A stretch of DNA of 64,000 nucleotides from Ranitomeya imitator (GCF_032444005.1 NC_091289.1:156178001-156242000); one strand, 5' to 3'. Positions 38,396 to 50,711 are shown, numbered from the stretch's first letter. The notes: generated by a model from the sequence alone, not told the origin. Numbers and translations: made by a program.

Positions 38396-39163
38396 AAGGA
38401 ATGTGTCATCAGGAATTGACCTATGGTTTAAAAATCTAATTTTTGTGATAAATATATAGCTTTCTTAATTTGCCATTTTTTCCCCATAAAAAGAATAGAA
38501 ATCTTGCAGTTTTCACACTGGCCACTGGGGCTTTTTTAGACTCCAACTTCCTGTCTCAAAAATTTAACATGCACATTAGTCGCAATGAACAGACTGCACA
38601 CGCTCATTAGATGCTGAATAAAACAGTCACAAAGGGAGGGGAAATAAGGTCAGCTGTGACATTGCCCATTGTGATAATCTATCAGCTGTGTTTAGAGGCG
38701 TTACTGGGATCCAGTTTGAAGAACATAGGTGGGCTGCACTTAGTCTAGCAGCGCAGCCCACCTACGTGTTCATCCAACATCTGTTAGAGGATTTCTCCAC
38801 CAGCCATGTGGCAGCATTAGCTTTGTTTCTTCTTGCCTTCATAGCAGTTGTGCCTGTCACAACTCCACCAGGTGAGCGTAGCCAGCAGTCTCCCCTCCAC
38901 AGGGTATCACCTTATTGTGGGTTCTGTTCCCCCTTCTAGATTTACACATAGAGGTGTTAGCAGTCATAGTAATCCTGCCTCTGAAGATAAGGAGCCTGCT
39001 GAAAGGACAGGAAGTAGGAGTCCCAAAAAGCCCCAGTGACCAGAGTAAAAATTACAAGACTACTATTTTTTTAATGTCAAAGAAAGAAAAACCCAAATAA
39101 ACCCAAAGTAAAAAAAAAAACCATTTAACACAAAAACCTGATTTAAACAATAGGTCATTCCCT
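38396..39163. mobile_element. T2/Kolobok-type MITE
   Basis: ttaa|aaggaatgtgtcatcaggaattgacctat ... aataggtcattccct|ttaa. Confidence 0.6.
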
Positions 39164-39591
39164 TTAAAGTTGAAAACGACAAAATAAAAAGTTATCATCT
39201 ATTGAAGTCCCAGCTGCGCCAGTGACTGTTTGCAGTAATGTAATGTATGTACACAGTGACTGCACCAGCAGAATAGTGAGTGCAGCTCTGGAGTATAATA
39301 CAGGATGTAACTCAGGATCAGTAATGTAATGTATGTACACAGTGTCTGCACCAGCAGAATAGCGAGCGCAGCTCTGGGGTATAATACAGGATGTCACTCA
39401 GGATCAGTAATGTAATGTATGTACACAGTGACTGCACCAGCAGAATAGCGAGCGCAGCTCTGGGGTATAATACAGGATGTCACTCAGGATCAGTAATGTA
39501 ATGTATGTACACAGTGACTGCACCAGCAGAATAGTGAGTGCAGCTCTGGAGTATAATACAGGATGTTACTCAGGATCAGTAATATAATGTA

Positions 39592-41046
39592 CCGTATATA
39601 CTCGAGTATAAGCCGAGATTTTCAGCCCAAAATTTTGGGCTGAAAGTGCCCCTCTCGGCTTATACTCGAGTTACGGTAGCGGTGGGGTCGGCGGGTGAGG
39701 GGGAGAGGGCGCTGAGGCATACTTACCTAGTCCCGGCGGTCCTGACGCTCCCCCTGCCTGTCACACGGTCTTCGTTGCTGCAGCTCTTCCCCTGTTCAGC
39801 GGTCACGTGGGACCACTCATTAGAGAAATGAATATGCGGCTCCACCTCCCATAGGGGTGGAGCCGCATATTCATTTCTCTAATCAGCGGTGCCGGTGACC
39901 GCTGATAGAGGAAGAAGCTGCGGCACCGAAGACCGTGTGACAGGCAGAGGGAGCGGGATGCCGGGAGCAGGTAAGTATGTAATATTCACCTGTCCGCGTT
40001 CCACCCGCCGGGCGCCGCTCTGTCTTCGCGTCCTCTTGCACTGACTGTGCAGGTCAGAGGGCGCGATGACGCATATAGTGTGCGCAGCGCCCTCTGCCTG
40101 ATCAGTCAGTGCGGAGAGACGCCGGGACTGGACGCTGGGAGCTGCAAGCAAGAGAGGTGAGTATGGCATTTTTTTTTTTTTATTGCAGCAGCAATGGCAC
40201 AGCTATGGGGCAATACTGAACGGCGCAGAGCACTATATGGCAGCTATGGGGCAGGAATGAACGGCGCAGAGCACTATATGGCAGCTATGGGGCAATAATG
40301 AACGGCGCAGAGCACTATATTGCACAGCTATGGGGCAATAATGAACGGCGCAGAGCACTATATGGCAGCTATGGGGCAATAATGAACGGCGCAGAGCACT
40401 ATATGGCACAGCTATGGGGCAATAATGAACGGCGCAGAGCACTATATGGCACAGCTATGGGGCAATAATGAACGGTGCAGAGCACTATATGGCAGAGCTT
40501 TCTATGGCACATCTATGGGACCATAATGAACGGTGCAGAGCACTATATGGCAGAGCTTTCTATGGCACATCTATGGGGCAATAATGAACGGTGCAGAGCA
40601 TTATATATGGCACAGCTTTATATGGAGCATCTATGGGGCAATAATGAACAATATGGAGCATTATATGTGGCACAGCTTTATATGGAGCATCTATGGGGCA
40701 ATAATGAACAATATGGAGCATTATATGTGGCACAGCTTTATATGGAGCATCTATGGGGCAATAATGAACAATATGGAGCATTATATGCGGCACAGCTTTA
40801 TACAGAGCATCTATGGGGCAATAATGAACGGTATGCAGCATTATATGTGGCACAGCTTTATATGGAGCATCTTATGGGGCAATAATGAACGGTATGGAGC
40901 ATCTATTTTTATTTTTGAAATTCACCAGTAGCTGCTGCATTTTCCACCCTAGGCTTATACTCGAGTCAATAAGTTTTCCCAGTTTTTTGTGGCAAAATAG
41001 GGGGGCCGGCTTATACTCGGGTCGGCTTATACTCGAGTATATACGG
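39592..41046. mobile_element. Tc2/pogo-like non-autonomous element, 1,455 bp
   Basis: TA TSD; TIR ccgtatatactcgagtataagccga / tcggcttatactcgagtatatacgg; internal hairpin at ~39819-39884. The superfamily is assigned from TIR style and the TA TSD. Confidence 0.82.
40194..40900. repeat. Internal tandem array with 41/43, ~58 and 60-bp units
   Basis: The core ctatggggcaataatgaac recurs; the period is 41-43 in the left part, ~58 near 40500 and 60 at 40621/40681/40741. Confidence 0.9.
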
Positions 41047-41584
41047 TATGTACACAGTGACTGCACCAGCAGAATAGCGAGCGCAGCTCTGGGGTATAAT
41101 ACAAGATGTAACTCAGGATCAGTAATGTAATGTATGTACACAGTGACTGCACCAGCAGAATAGCGAGCGCAGCTCTGGAGTATAATACAGGATATCACTC
41201 AGGATCAGTAATGTATGAACACAGTAACTGCAGCAAGAAAGACCAGCAGACCGCAGACGTACGTTCTTCGTTAAAGAGGTTGGCTGATTACAAAAAATAA
41301 ATACACATTTTGTTATACACATGGTTATTTCCTTTGCGTGTATTGGATCAAAAAAAAAAAAAAAAAAAGGAAAAGGCAAATTAGATAATTTCACACAAAA
41401 TCCCAAAAATGGTCAGGACAAAATTGTTGGCAGCTGTCTCAAAAATGTGGGTAAACAACTTTGTTTCAAGCATGTGATGCTCGTTCAAACAGATCTGTGG
41501 CAAGTAAAAGGTGTGGACAATGTGAAAATCACACCAGAAACCAGATAAAAGTGTGAGAAGTTGACTCAATCTTTGCATTGTGCG

Positions 41585-41725
41585 TCTGTATGTGTGCCAC
41601 ACTAAGCATTGAGAACAGAAAGAGGAAAAGAGAACTGTCTGAGGACCTGAGAACTAAAAGTGTCGAAAAATATCAACAATCTCAACGGTACAAGTCCATT
41701 TCCAGAGATCTCGATGTTCCTTTGC
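41585..41725 (+). pseudogene. 5' fragment of another Tc1 transposase
   Basis: IENRKRKRELSEDLRTKSVEKYQQSQRYKSISRDLDVPL resembles a Tc1 N-terminal HTH. Confidence 0.6.
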
Positions 41726-42715
41726 ACACATATACACACATGCATACACTGTGTGCAGAATTATTAGGCAAGTTGTATTTTGATCACATGATACTTTTAT
41801 ACATGTTGTCCTACTCCGAACTGTTCAGGCTTGAGAGCCAACTACCAATTAAGTAAATCAGGTGACGTGCATCTCTTAATGAGGAGCTGTGTTGTCTAAT
41901 GACATCAAAACCCTATATAAGGTGTGCTTAATTATTAGGCAACTTCCTTTCCTTTGGCAAAATGGGTCAGAAAAGAGATTTGACGGGCTCTGAAAAGTCC
42001 AAAATTGTGAATTGTCTTGCAGGGGAATGCAGCAGTCGTGAAATTGCCAAACTTTTGAAGCGTGATCTCCGAACAATCAAGCGTTTCATGGCAAATAGCC
42101 AACAGGGTCGCAAGAAGCCTGTTGGGCAAAAAAGGTGCAAAATAACTGCCCATGAATTGAGGAAAATCAAGCGTGAAGTGCCAAGATGCCATTTGCCACC
42201 AGCTTTGCCATATTTCAGAGCTGCAACGTAACTGGAGTAACAAAAAGAACAAGGTGTGCGATACTCAGGGACATGGCCAAGGTAAGGAAGGCTGAAAAAC
42301 GACCACCATTAAACAAGAAACACAAGATAAAAGGTTAAGACTGGGCCAAGAAATATCTTAAGACTGACTTTTCAAAGGTTTTATGGACTGATGAAATGAG
42401 AGTGGGGCAGATGGATGGGCCAGAGGCTGGATCAGTAAAGGGCAGAGAGCTCCACTCCAACTCAGACGCCAGCAAGGTGGAGGTGGGGTAGTGATATGGG
42501 CTGGGATCATCAAAGATGGACTTGTGGGACCTTTTTGGGTTGAGCATGGAGTGAAGCTCAACTCCCAGACCTACTGCCAGTTTCTGGAAGACAACTTCTG
42601 CAAGCAGTGGTATAGGAAGAAGTCGGTATCGTTCAAGAAAAACATGATTTTTCATGCAGGACAATGCTCCATCACATGCTTCCAACTACTCCACAGCGTG
42701 GCTGGCCAGTAAAGG

Positions 42716-43592
42716 TGTGCCAATCTGACTGCACTCTGATGGAATCTGAGCGCAGTCCTATAGTGACCGTGAGGACGGAAGACTGACAATCTGACTGCAC
42801 TCTGATGGAATCTGAGCGCAGTCCTATAGTGACCGTGAGGACGGAAGACTGACAATCTGACTGCACTCTGATGGAATCTGAGCGCAGTCCTATAGTGACC
42901 GTGAGGACGGAAGACTGACAATCTGACTGCACTCTGATGGAATCTGAGCGCAGTCCTATAGTGACCGTGAGGACGGAAGACTGACAATCTGACTGCACTC
43001 TGATGGAATCTGAGCGCAGTCCTATAGTGACCGTGAGGACGGAAGACCCGGACCGAGAGTGGACCCTCTGGGTCACGGTACTGATACACCCAGGGGCGAG
43101 CGAACCCGAGATGACAACCCCTATACAGGGATAGTTGGGGAGCAGGCCCGAGGGGAACAATACCGCAACAGCTGGCACCAAGAGGGACGGCTCTGGAAAG
43201 GACAGGCTGAGAAAACGGACTAGACCGGAGCAGAAAAGGATCTGAACCAGACAAGGCCAAACGGAGGTACAAACTGCACACAACAATCAGGCACCTCCAT
43301 TATGGAGGCGAGGCCTGATATAGCCCAAAGAAGTACCTGATTGGAGAACACAGGAGCAGGGAGGATCTGGAATGGTTAACTGGAGGAAGAAGTGCACACC
43401 CGCTTCCTAAGGCGCATGTGTGGAGCAGGTACAGGACGGGAGGGAAGAGGAGCGCGCACCCCACGCCGAAATCCCCGGGCAGTAGGAAGAGGATGCGGGG
43501 AACCGGCGCGACACTGAGAGCGGCGAGGAGAAATGGAGAGAGCGGGACTGATAGGAGAAGCGGCCGCAGCGTCAGAGGAGGCCGGTATGACA
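42716..43592 (-). mobile_element. Solo-LTR-like insertion, 877 bp
   Basis: TG...CA termini; 5-bp TSD aaagg (42711-42715, 43593-43597); removing it restores ASKGLKEEK in the transposase. Strand is inferred. Confidence 0.78.
42721..43047. repeat. 66-bp tandem repeat, ~5 identical copies
   Basis: caatctgactgcac starts at 42721, 42787, 42853, 42919 and 42985. Confidence 0.95.
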
Positions 43593-45585
43593 AAAGGTCT
43601 CAAAGAAGAAAAAATAATGATATGGCCCCCTTGTTCACCTGGATCTGAACCCCATAGAGAACCTGTGGTCCCTCATACAATGTGAGATCTACAGGGAGGG
43701 AAAACAGTCCACCTCTCGGAGCAGTGTCTGGAGGCTGTGGTGGCTGCTGCACGCAATGTTGGTCGTAAACAGATCAAGCAACTGACAGAATCTATGGATG
43801 GAGGCTGCTGAGTGTCATCAGAAAGAAAGGTGGCTATATTGGTCGCTAATTTTTGGGGTTTTGTTTTTGCATGTCAGAAATGTTTATTTCTAAAGTTTGT
43901 GCAGTTATATTGGTTTACCTGGTGAAAATAAAGAAGCGAGATGGGAATATATTTGGTGTTTATTAAGTTGCCTAATAATTCTGCAATAATTACCTGTACA
44001 AACAGATATCCTCCTAAGATAGCCAAATCTAAAAAACAACTCCAACTTCCAAAAATATTAAGCTTTGATATTTATGAGTCTTTGGGGTTGATCAATAATA
44101 AAAATAATCCTCTAAAATACAACGTGCCTAATAATTCTGCACACAGTGCATATGAAGACTACACACATGGTGTATATACCATACTAAGACATGTGACAGT
44201 TCTCCAACGTCCGTAAATTAGTTGGACATGCCTCAATGGGCACGAGACAGTAAATACACAAGACGTTGTCTGGCAGTGGAGTTTCCCCAAGAATCAGGGC
44301 GCTTACATTTTTAATGCAGGTTTATATGATAAGGACTCAGTCATTTTACTAGTAGGGTGAGCTCTCCACTACTTTTATCTTTCAGGCTCGTCCATGTGTG
44401 AACATGGTCTACGGGTAATTCACCCTCCTATATTGGCATGTATGATAAATTATCTGACAGCTTTTATAAAATGGATCATGAATCATCTCCGTCCTGTTAT
44501 ATTTTTCAATCACAAGACACAAGTGAATGCCGGAGATAATGTCACAGAGAGGAGGTTAACCTTGGGCTAAATACGCATTTTCCAATTCTGCCAATCAAGC
44601 ACAATTTAGTTTAATTTGTTAATTTAAGACTGTATGTTATTCCTAATTAGCCGGGGCCATTCTATTTGGCATTCACTATTCTGGTGTAAGTGCAGAAATA
44701 AGGCACAGACGGGCAGAGCCGAGGTAACAATGGGGATTTTAATTAAATATTCTGAGCGTATTATTTAAAATCAGACTTTACTTCTTAATTAGCATTTGGC
44801 CATTGGCTTTCTTTCAGGATTCCCAGTGGCTTTAGTCATATTTCTGATTTTTCGCTGCAGGATTTTTCACCGTAACCTCATTATTAGAGACAGATGTCTA
44901 CAGCTCCAGCTGCAAGTAGTGTAGTAGAATATGAGGTGCACATCTGTTTGGAGCTTTACTGCGCCCAAACGGTACCTGTCATTTCATATAAATATATGTA
45001 TATATATTTCGCCAACAAGTTATAATTGCTTTGGTTGCACATATCAGTCCTGTGTGTCCAAAAACGTTGACAATTTTTACAGCCTGTAACTTGCCCTCCA
45101 CTCATTAGGAGTATGTGGATCTCTTTCATTAGCATCCTGCCAGCACTATAGGATCTGGAACGTTACTTCACTTACCAGCATGCATTGCTCCTGCTAATGA
45201 TCAACAGTTTGCCTTCCCTAAACTGAAAGCCCACCTCCCCGTTTTGCCTCTATGCAGTTTTTCAGTTTTTTCCCATTCCCTATAATCGATCTCAGATGGG
45301 TTACGCTTCAGAACAGGAACTGAAAAGTAAATTCAATAGTTGAGTTTCATTATTTGACATAAAAACAATGTTTTATAATGATCTGCAGAACATCTATGCA
45401 TCACAGTATCTACTAAAAGAGATCGAGTTATCTAAGAGGCATAATGACCATTTAAAGCCGGGGTCTCAAATACGTGGCCCCTGTGACCGTCTTCTGAAGC
45501 CTGTGGGACACTGAAGCTTAAGAGACATTACTGGGACAGCAGAGAGCGGGCCGAAGGAGAAGCACTATGGTACCTCTTAATGACA

Positions 45586-46236
45586 TCATGCCAGAGCGCA
45601 GTGAGCCAGAGCAAAGTGTGCCAGAGCACGAGGTCTGCCAGAGCGAGGTGTGCCAGAGCACAAAGTGTGCCAGAGCACGAGGTGTGCCAGAGCAAAGTGT
45701 GCCAGAGCACGAGGTGTGCCAGAGCAAAGTGTGCCAGAGCACGAGGTCTGCCAGAGCGAGGTGTGCCAGAGCACAAAGTGTGCCAGAGCGAGGTCTGCCA
45801 GAGCAAAGTGTGCCAGAGCACGAGGTGTGCCAGAGCAAAGTGTGCCAGAGCACGAGGTCTGCCAGAGCGAGGTGTGCCAGAGCGCGAGGTCTGCCAGAGC
45901 AAAGTGTGCCAGAGCACGAGGTGTGCCAGAGCAAAGTGTGCCAGAGCACGAGGTCTGCCAGAGCGAGGTGTGCCAGAGCGCGAGGTCTGCCAGAGCAAAG
46001 TGTGCCAGAGCACGAGGTGTGCCAGAGCAAAGTGTGCCAGAGCACAAAGTGTGCCAGAGCACAAAGTGTGCCAGAGCACAAAGTGTGCCAGAGCACAAAG
46101 TGTGCCAGAGCCCGAGGTGTGCCAGAGCCCGAGGTGTGCCAGAGCACGAGGTGTGCCAGAGCACGAGGTGTGCCAGAGCACGAGGTGTGCCAGAGCACGA
46201 GGTGTGCCAGAGCACGAGGTGTGCCAGAGCACGAGG
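45586..46236. repeat. 15/17-bp minisatellite (~40 monomers) with a 96-bp higher-order unit
   Basis: Monomers gtgtgccagagcacgag, gtgtgccagagcaaa and gtctgccagagcgag; cacgaggtct recurs at 45851 and 45947. Confidence 0.92.
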
Positions 46237-46633
46237 CATCTCTTTCCCGCCCTGCTTGATTGCTTGTGGGAGGTGAATGTGGAGGGGAGGACTTTTTTAA
46301 CCCATTCTTGACATCCGACATACACATATGGCTTAGTGGGAGGGGACATGTTGCGAAATGCTGTACGGCGTGATAATGGCACCGGCTCACAAGCAGGTCC
46401 GGCACCATCATCAGCAGGGATCAGCTGTATATTATTGATGACACCGTGCTGCAATGACCATGATCGGTATTAGAACCTGTCACAGCTATTTAACCCTTTA
46501 GATACCATGGTCAACGGTGACCGACTGCAAAGTGGAATATTGGTATATGTGTTAGCTAATGTTGTCCATATCCTATTTCAGCCTATTTTTCATGGCCTAT
46601 ATATATGTGACCAAAAGAGGAGATGCTTTGTCT

Positions 46634-46716
46634 TGCTGTGGTGTAAAGGGGACTGCGACGCGGTGTCCACCGCTGGTTGAGTGGACGCCGCGTCGCAGTC
46701 CCCTTACATCACAGCA
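46634..46716. other. Isolated 83-nt near-perfect hairpin
   Basis: Arms 46634-46670 and 46681-46716 with a 10-nt loop; two G-U wobbles and one bulge on the plus strand. Confidence 0.85.
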
Positions 46717-47299
46717 GAATGAACAAATGCGCGACTTCGACTAATAAGGAGGGTAAATCCTACTGATGGATACCCTTTTGGCTTATGTATTGGAAATCCA
46801 GTTTCTTGCAAGTACAAGGTGCCAAGGGTGCTATAAAATATAAACTAAGCAGTGGTAATTATAATAAATAGGTGAGAGATTAGCAGCGCAGTCAGAAAAG
46901 TCACCGCAGGATGAACAGAAATCGAGATGGAGCAGCCCGCACTGTAACAAATGCTACGGGCAAAACTGGAGAACATTTTTAACAATCAATAATAAATCTC
47001 TTCAACTTGTAAACGTACATGCAATGAAATAATGAGAAAGTGTTCAAAGCAGTACACAAAGCCTTTAAGGTTTCCTTTGTTGGGAATCATTATGTCGGTC
47101 CGATATTGCTCAAGCGGAGCAAGTTACGCATAAATTGTATGGAATTAAAAGTAAGAAAATCCCCAAAAGAGTCCCAAGCCACACAGGACACATGGCTCCA
47201 GCAGGGACATATTCTCTGGGTTGCACAGTGCGGAGTATAAAACTAGTTCAGCAAGCCCTTATTCATTTTGGCTTTAATGTCTTGATACTGAATCCTTAA

Positions 47300-47747
47300 A
47301 GAAGCACTCCTCCTCCCATTACAGTCTTTATCCTCTTAATATATTGGTCATCATATTATATAGCACTATGTACTTGCCTTACAATTGCTCATATTGCCTT
47401 TCTACCCATCTAATTCTTCTCTTTTTTTCTGCTCTATCTAGAAAGAGGAAGTCTCTTTGCCCTGCATTTATCATTCCCCCTCTTCACCTCCCGACCCAGC
47501 TGCTCCACTCCTCCCCCTGCCAGGGACTTTTGCAGTGACTCATGACTTACACAGGGAAAATTGACCTCCTGTTTCTGCATAGAGCCTAGTCCATTTTAAT
47601 CACATGATGTCATAGACATAGAAAAGAGAAGAATTAGCTGGGTAGAAAGGCAAAATGAGTAACTGTCAGTACACAGTGTTATAGAATATGATGACTGCAA
47701 TTTATTAAGAGCATAAAAACGTTGATGGGAGTAGGAGGAGTGCTCCT
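47300..47747. mobile_element. T2/Kolobok-type MITE
   Basis: ttaa|agaagcactcc ... ggagtgctcct|ttaa; a partial relative lies at ~25357-25530. Confidence 0.75.
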
Positions 47748-49442
47748 TTAAAGACTGGCATGCGCAACACCAGTCTTAATGAATCTACCCCATTCTGTAT
47801 AGGGACACAACCCCAATTGATAACAGCCAGTTGTCGATTTATTAAAAAAAAATCTAGAAAGAATAATTAAGAAATTGAATACTGCAGACATAAAAAAAAA
47901 AGTATTTTCTAGTGAGTGGTGACAGAGACTCTAAGAAAGTACATGTGTGAGTTTCATTCTTTTTTTTTTTTTGCGGCTTCTATTTCGAAATATTTAATCC
48001 ACCATATTGTGGCCACCGACTAGTGGATTTGGCTGTATCACAACCGTTCTCTGCTTGAGTCTATAGGCTCCTATCTGTCACTTATAAAGGTACAAGGTTC
48101 CGCACAAGGAGAGGGACCCAAACTTATAGCACAGTTACTGGCAATTATTAATGTAGGACAGTGGAGATCAGCTAGGATTCTAGATAATAAAAAAAGGGAA
48201 AGTGGATGAAGCTCACAAATCTGAGAAGTAATCAAATTCTAGGATGGAGATACACGTGGAGGGTGCCGCTTATGTTGGTGAGGCACAGCCATGAAGAGGA
48301 GGAAGAAGGTAGGAGCTCGGCACAATCATCTAATTGGACCGTTTGATGGTTGCTCTGGATTCCTGCCTTCCTCTCCTCTATTCTTCTAGCTAGGGAACTT
48401 CACATTAGCAATATACTGAACGCCCATCTGAACTACATATATCTGTGTGCGTGGCACCCTATAGAAGCTCGACCTATGTGCATGTATCGTACTAAGCAGT
48501 CCCCGCTCATATAGCATCTCCATTCTGCTGGGAACTGGTGCGCGAGCCTGCATTCATATCATTGAGAAGGACCTGCTGAACATTACATTGAGAGGAATCT
48601 CAGCCTCTCTGGCCATGTACTTATTTTAGAAGATAGTTGAAGGAAGGATAATCCGTCTGTCCTCCTCCGGCCATGCCTGGAGGCATAGATGGTACTGGCT
48701 CCATCTGCTCATGTCATGCTGAGCTTACCAGGCGTTCAGTGATGTGTGCACCTTATGGATCCTTCCTAGTCAATTTTTCTAGCGCACGACACATTTACTG
48801 CTCCCACATGCTCTGTAGAAAATACTGATGACACTATTACAAGAAGCAATGCTAGAAAAACATATTAGCAAAGGGGATGCTGAAGGAGTCACAAACTAGA
48901 GGAAAAATGCCACGGAACCCCCTAATGATCTCAAAACCTGCATCAACCTTCCAAGGAGGAGGATGTTCTCCCTTACAGATACATCTATAATAGATCAGAC
49001 ATATCAGAAAAAAAATTGGCTGATTATGTAGGATTTCTGAAAATGAATGGTTGTTTGTGAGGTAGAAATCTCTCTCCTAAAAGGAGCCCATGCACGAGAG
49101 CAATATGAGAAAGCCACAGGAGGACACTTTTGGTAGCAGATCCTGATGAAGAAGTCCTCATTCACATGTCCAATATTCTTGCCTTAACACATTGTGGAGG
49201 AGTCAAATCCGATTTTCTCGTATGTGGAGAAATAACCCCCAAAATTCTCCACCTTCTCTATTCCGACAGTCCATGAAAATTCTGTCATAAGAGTGTGGTC
49301 CGATTTTTTTTCATGGACCCATTTATTTGCATTTCAGATTTTGATCTGACCCTCAGATTAAAATTGGACGTGTCTCCGAGATTTTCTGGGGAGCCCTCGG
49401 TCCAGGAAAAATCACGGCTGTGCTAATGGTCCCATAGACTAA

Positions 49443-49787
49443 GGCTAGGTTCACATTGCGTTAGGGCAGCCCGTTTAGCGCATGGCGCTACGGACTGCGC
49501 TAACGCAATGTCTCAAAAGGGATCGTGTTTGCGGATCCCGCTAGCGCAGATACCCGATCTGCGCTAGCGAGGAACGGACCTCAGACGCTGCAAGCAGCGT
49601 CCGTGGTCCATCCGAAACTTACGGGACATCGCTAGCGTGTGCCGAAAATGGCATGCGCTAGAGATCCGTTAGCACATTGCCGCCAATGGGTGCGCTAACG
49701 GATCCGTCGCATGGCGTTAATTGCGACAATTTCACCATGTAACGGAGTCCGCTAGCGTTAACCCATTAACGCAATGTGAACCTAGCC
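49443..49787. mobile_element. PIF/Harbinger-type MITE nested in an older MITE
   Basis: taa|ggctaggttcacattgcgtt ... aacgcaatgtgaacctagcc|tat. Confidence 0.85.
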
Positions 49788-50558
49788 TATCGCAGGTATG
49801 AGTGCCATCAGAGAAAACCAAGGATAGCACTCATACACAGAAATCGGACATCCGAATGAGCCATAAGTGAGCAAGAGTAATCCTCTCCAAGGCGGCAGCC
49901 AGTATGCACAATATATGGAAAATCTTGTCTAGATAGGTGGGCTTCTCACAGAGGTGGTCTATTGGAGAGGTTTTGCCATATTTATATTCTTGAAATAAGA
50001 CCAGATATTTTTTTAATTAAGTATATTTCAATGAGGCAATTTGCAGGATGCATCATTTCATGGTATTAATCTTGAATAGTTTCCACTCCGCACCGCTGTG
50101 CCGTGTTAGTAAAAACAATTTGCTAAGACACGGCTAATTTCACAGCATAATAAAATATAAAAGAATTCTACCTAAATGGAAGCAAGGACGAATGTGAATG
50201 CCGAGGATTCGATAGTAAAAGGACTCCAACAAAAGAGCACACACTAGTTTACAATTTGCGGAGTACTACTTGGCCTAAATTGTCCAACGATTTATTTACA
50301 GCCATTCAATAATGTGAGAACAGAGCGAGAAAAGTAATCATAAACGTATAATAGGGAAAAAAGGTAATAAATTACCATCTCCGTTTCATGGTAATTCCAA
50401 CCACACAGTCAACAATCATCTGAGGCTGGTCATCACTTATGAGAGGTTATGCAAAAAGCACAAAAGTAAAAACTAAAACAGGTGTTTAAAAAGCCGGTAA
50501 TAAATTGTTACATAGCCATCCAGTACAAACCCCCCCAAAAAATAATGAACTACATCAC

Positions 50559-50711
50559 CTCCTGATAATGGTCGATTCTGGTGTCGGCCATGGTTAGAAA
50601 AGTAGCTTTTAAATCAGTCCGCATGTTTTTTGTCCATCGCTCCCAGTCAGCTTTCAAAGCGTTATTGGCACATTCTACTTTATCTTCTAGTTTTTCAATC
50701 TCTTCCTTCAC
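50559..50711 (-). CDS. SNX7: SNX7 penultimate coding exon (153 nt; VKEEIEKLEDKVECANNALKADWERW...HYQE)
   Basis: Acceptor ttccAG|GTG and donor GAG|GTgatg, phase 0 at both ends; KLEDKVECANNALKADWERW is the SNX7 BAR-domain C-terminal helix. Confidence 0.96.

Larger units (their letters stand above)
39233..41230. repeat. 86-bp satellite array (4 units + ~2 units) split by a MITE
   Basis: tgtacacag recurs at 39248, 39334, 39420 and 39506, then at 41049 and 41135 (period 86). Confidence 0.9.
41747..44148 (+). mobile_element. Decayed Tc1-like element with DD37E spacing, split by a solo LTR
   Basis: TIR cactgtgtgcagaattattaggca and its reverse complement; TA on the left (ca on the right). ORF starts MGQKRDLT at 41962 and contains WTDEMR. 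After removing the insert and one extra base it reads QDNAPSHASNYSTAWLASKGLKEEKIMIWPPCSPDLNPIENLW, i.e. D-x37-E. Confidence 0.85.

Noticed and set aside
40475-40931. 132-136-aa repetitive ORFs
   Set aside because: They come from the internal tandem array of the Tc2/pogo-like element.
42652-43286. 66-bp hairpin repeats as a CRISPR-like array, or 204/209-aa ORFs as genes
   Set aside because: The units are identical and contiguous with no unique spacers, the context is a eukaryotic LTR, and the ORFs arise because 66 is a multiple of 3.
45518-46454. Six overlapping 208-308-aa ORFs
   Set aside because: They are translations of the 15/17-bp minisatellite, open on both strands, with no splice or domain support.
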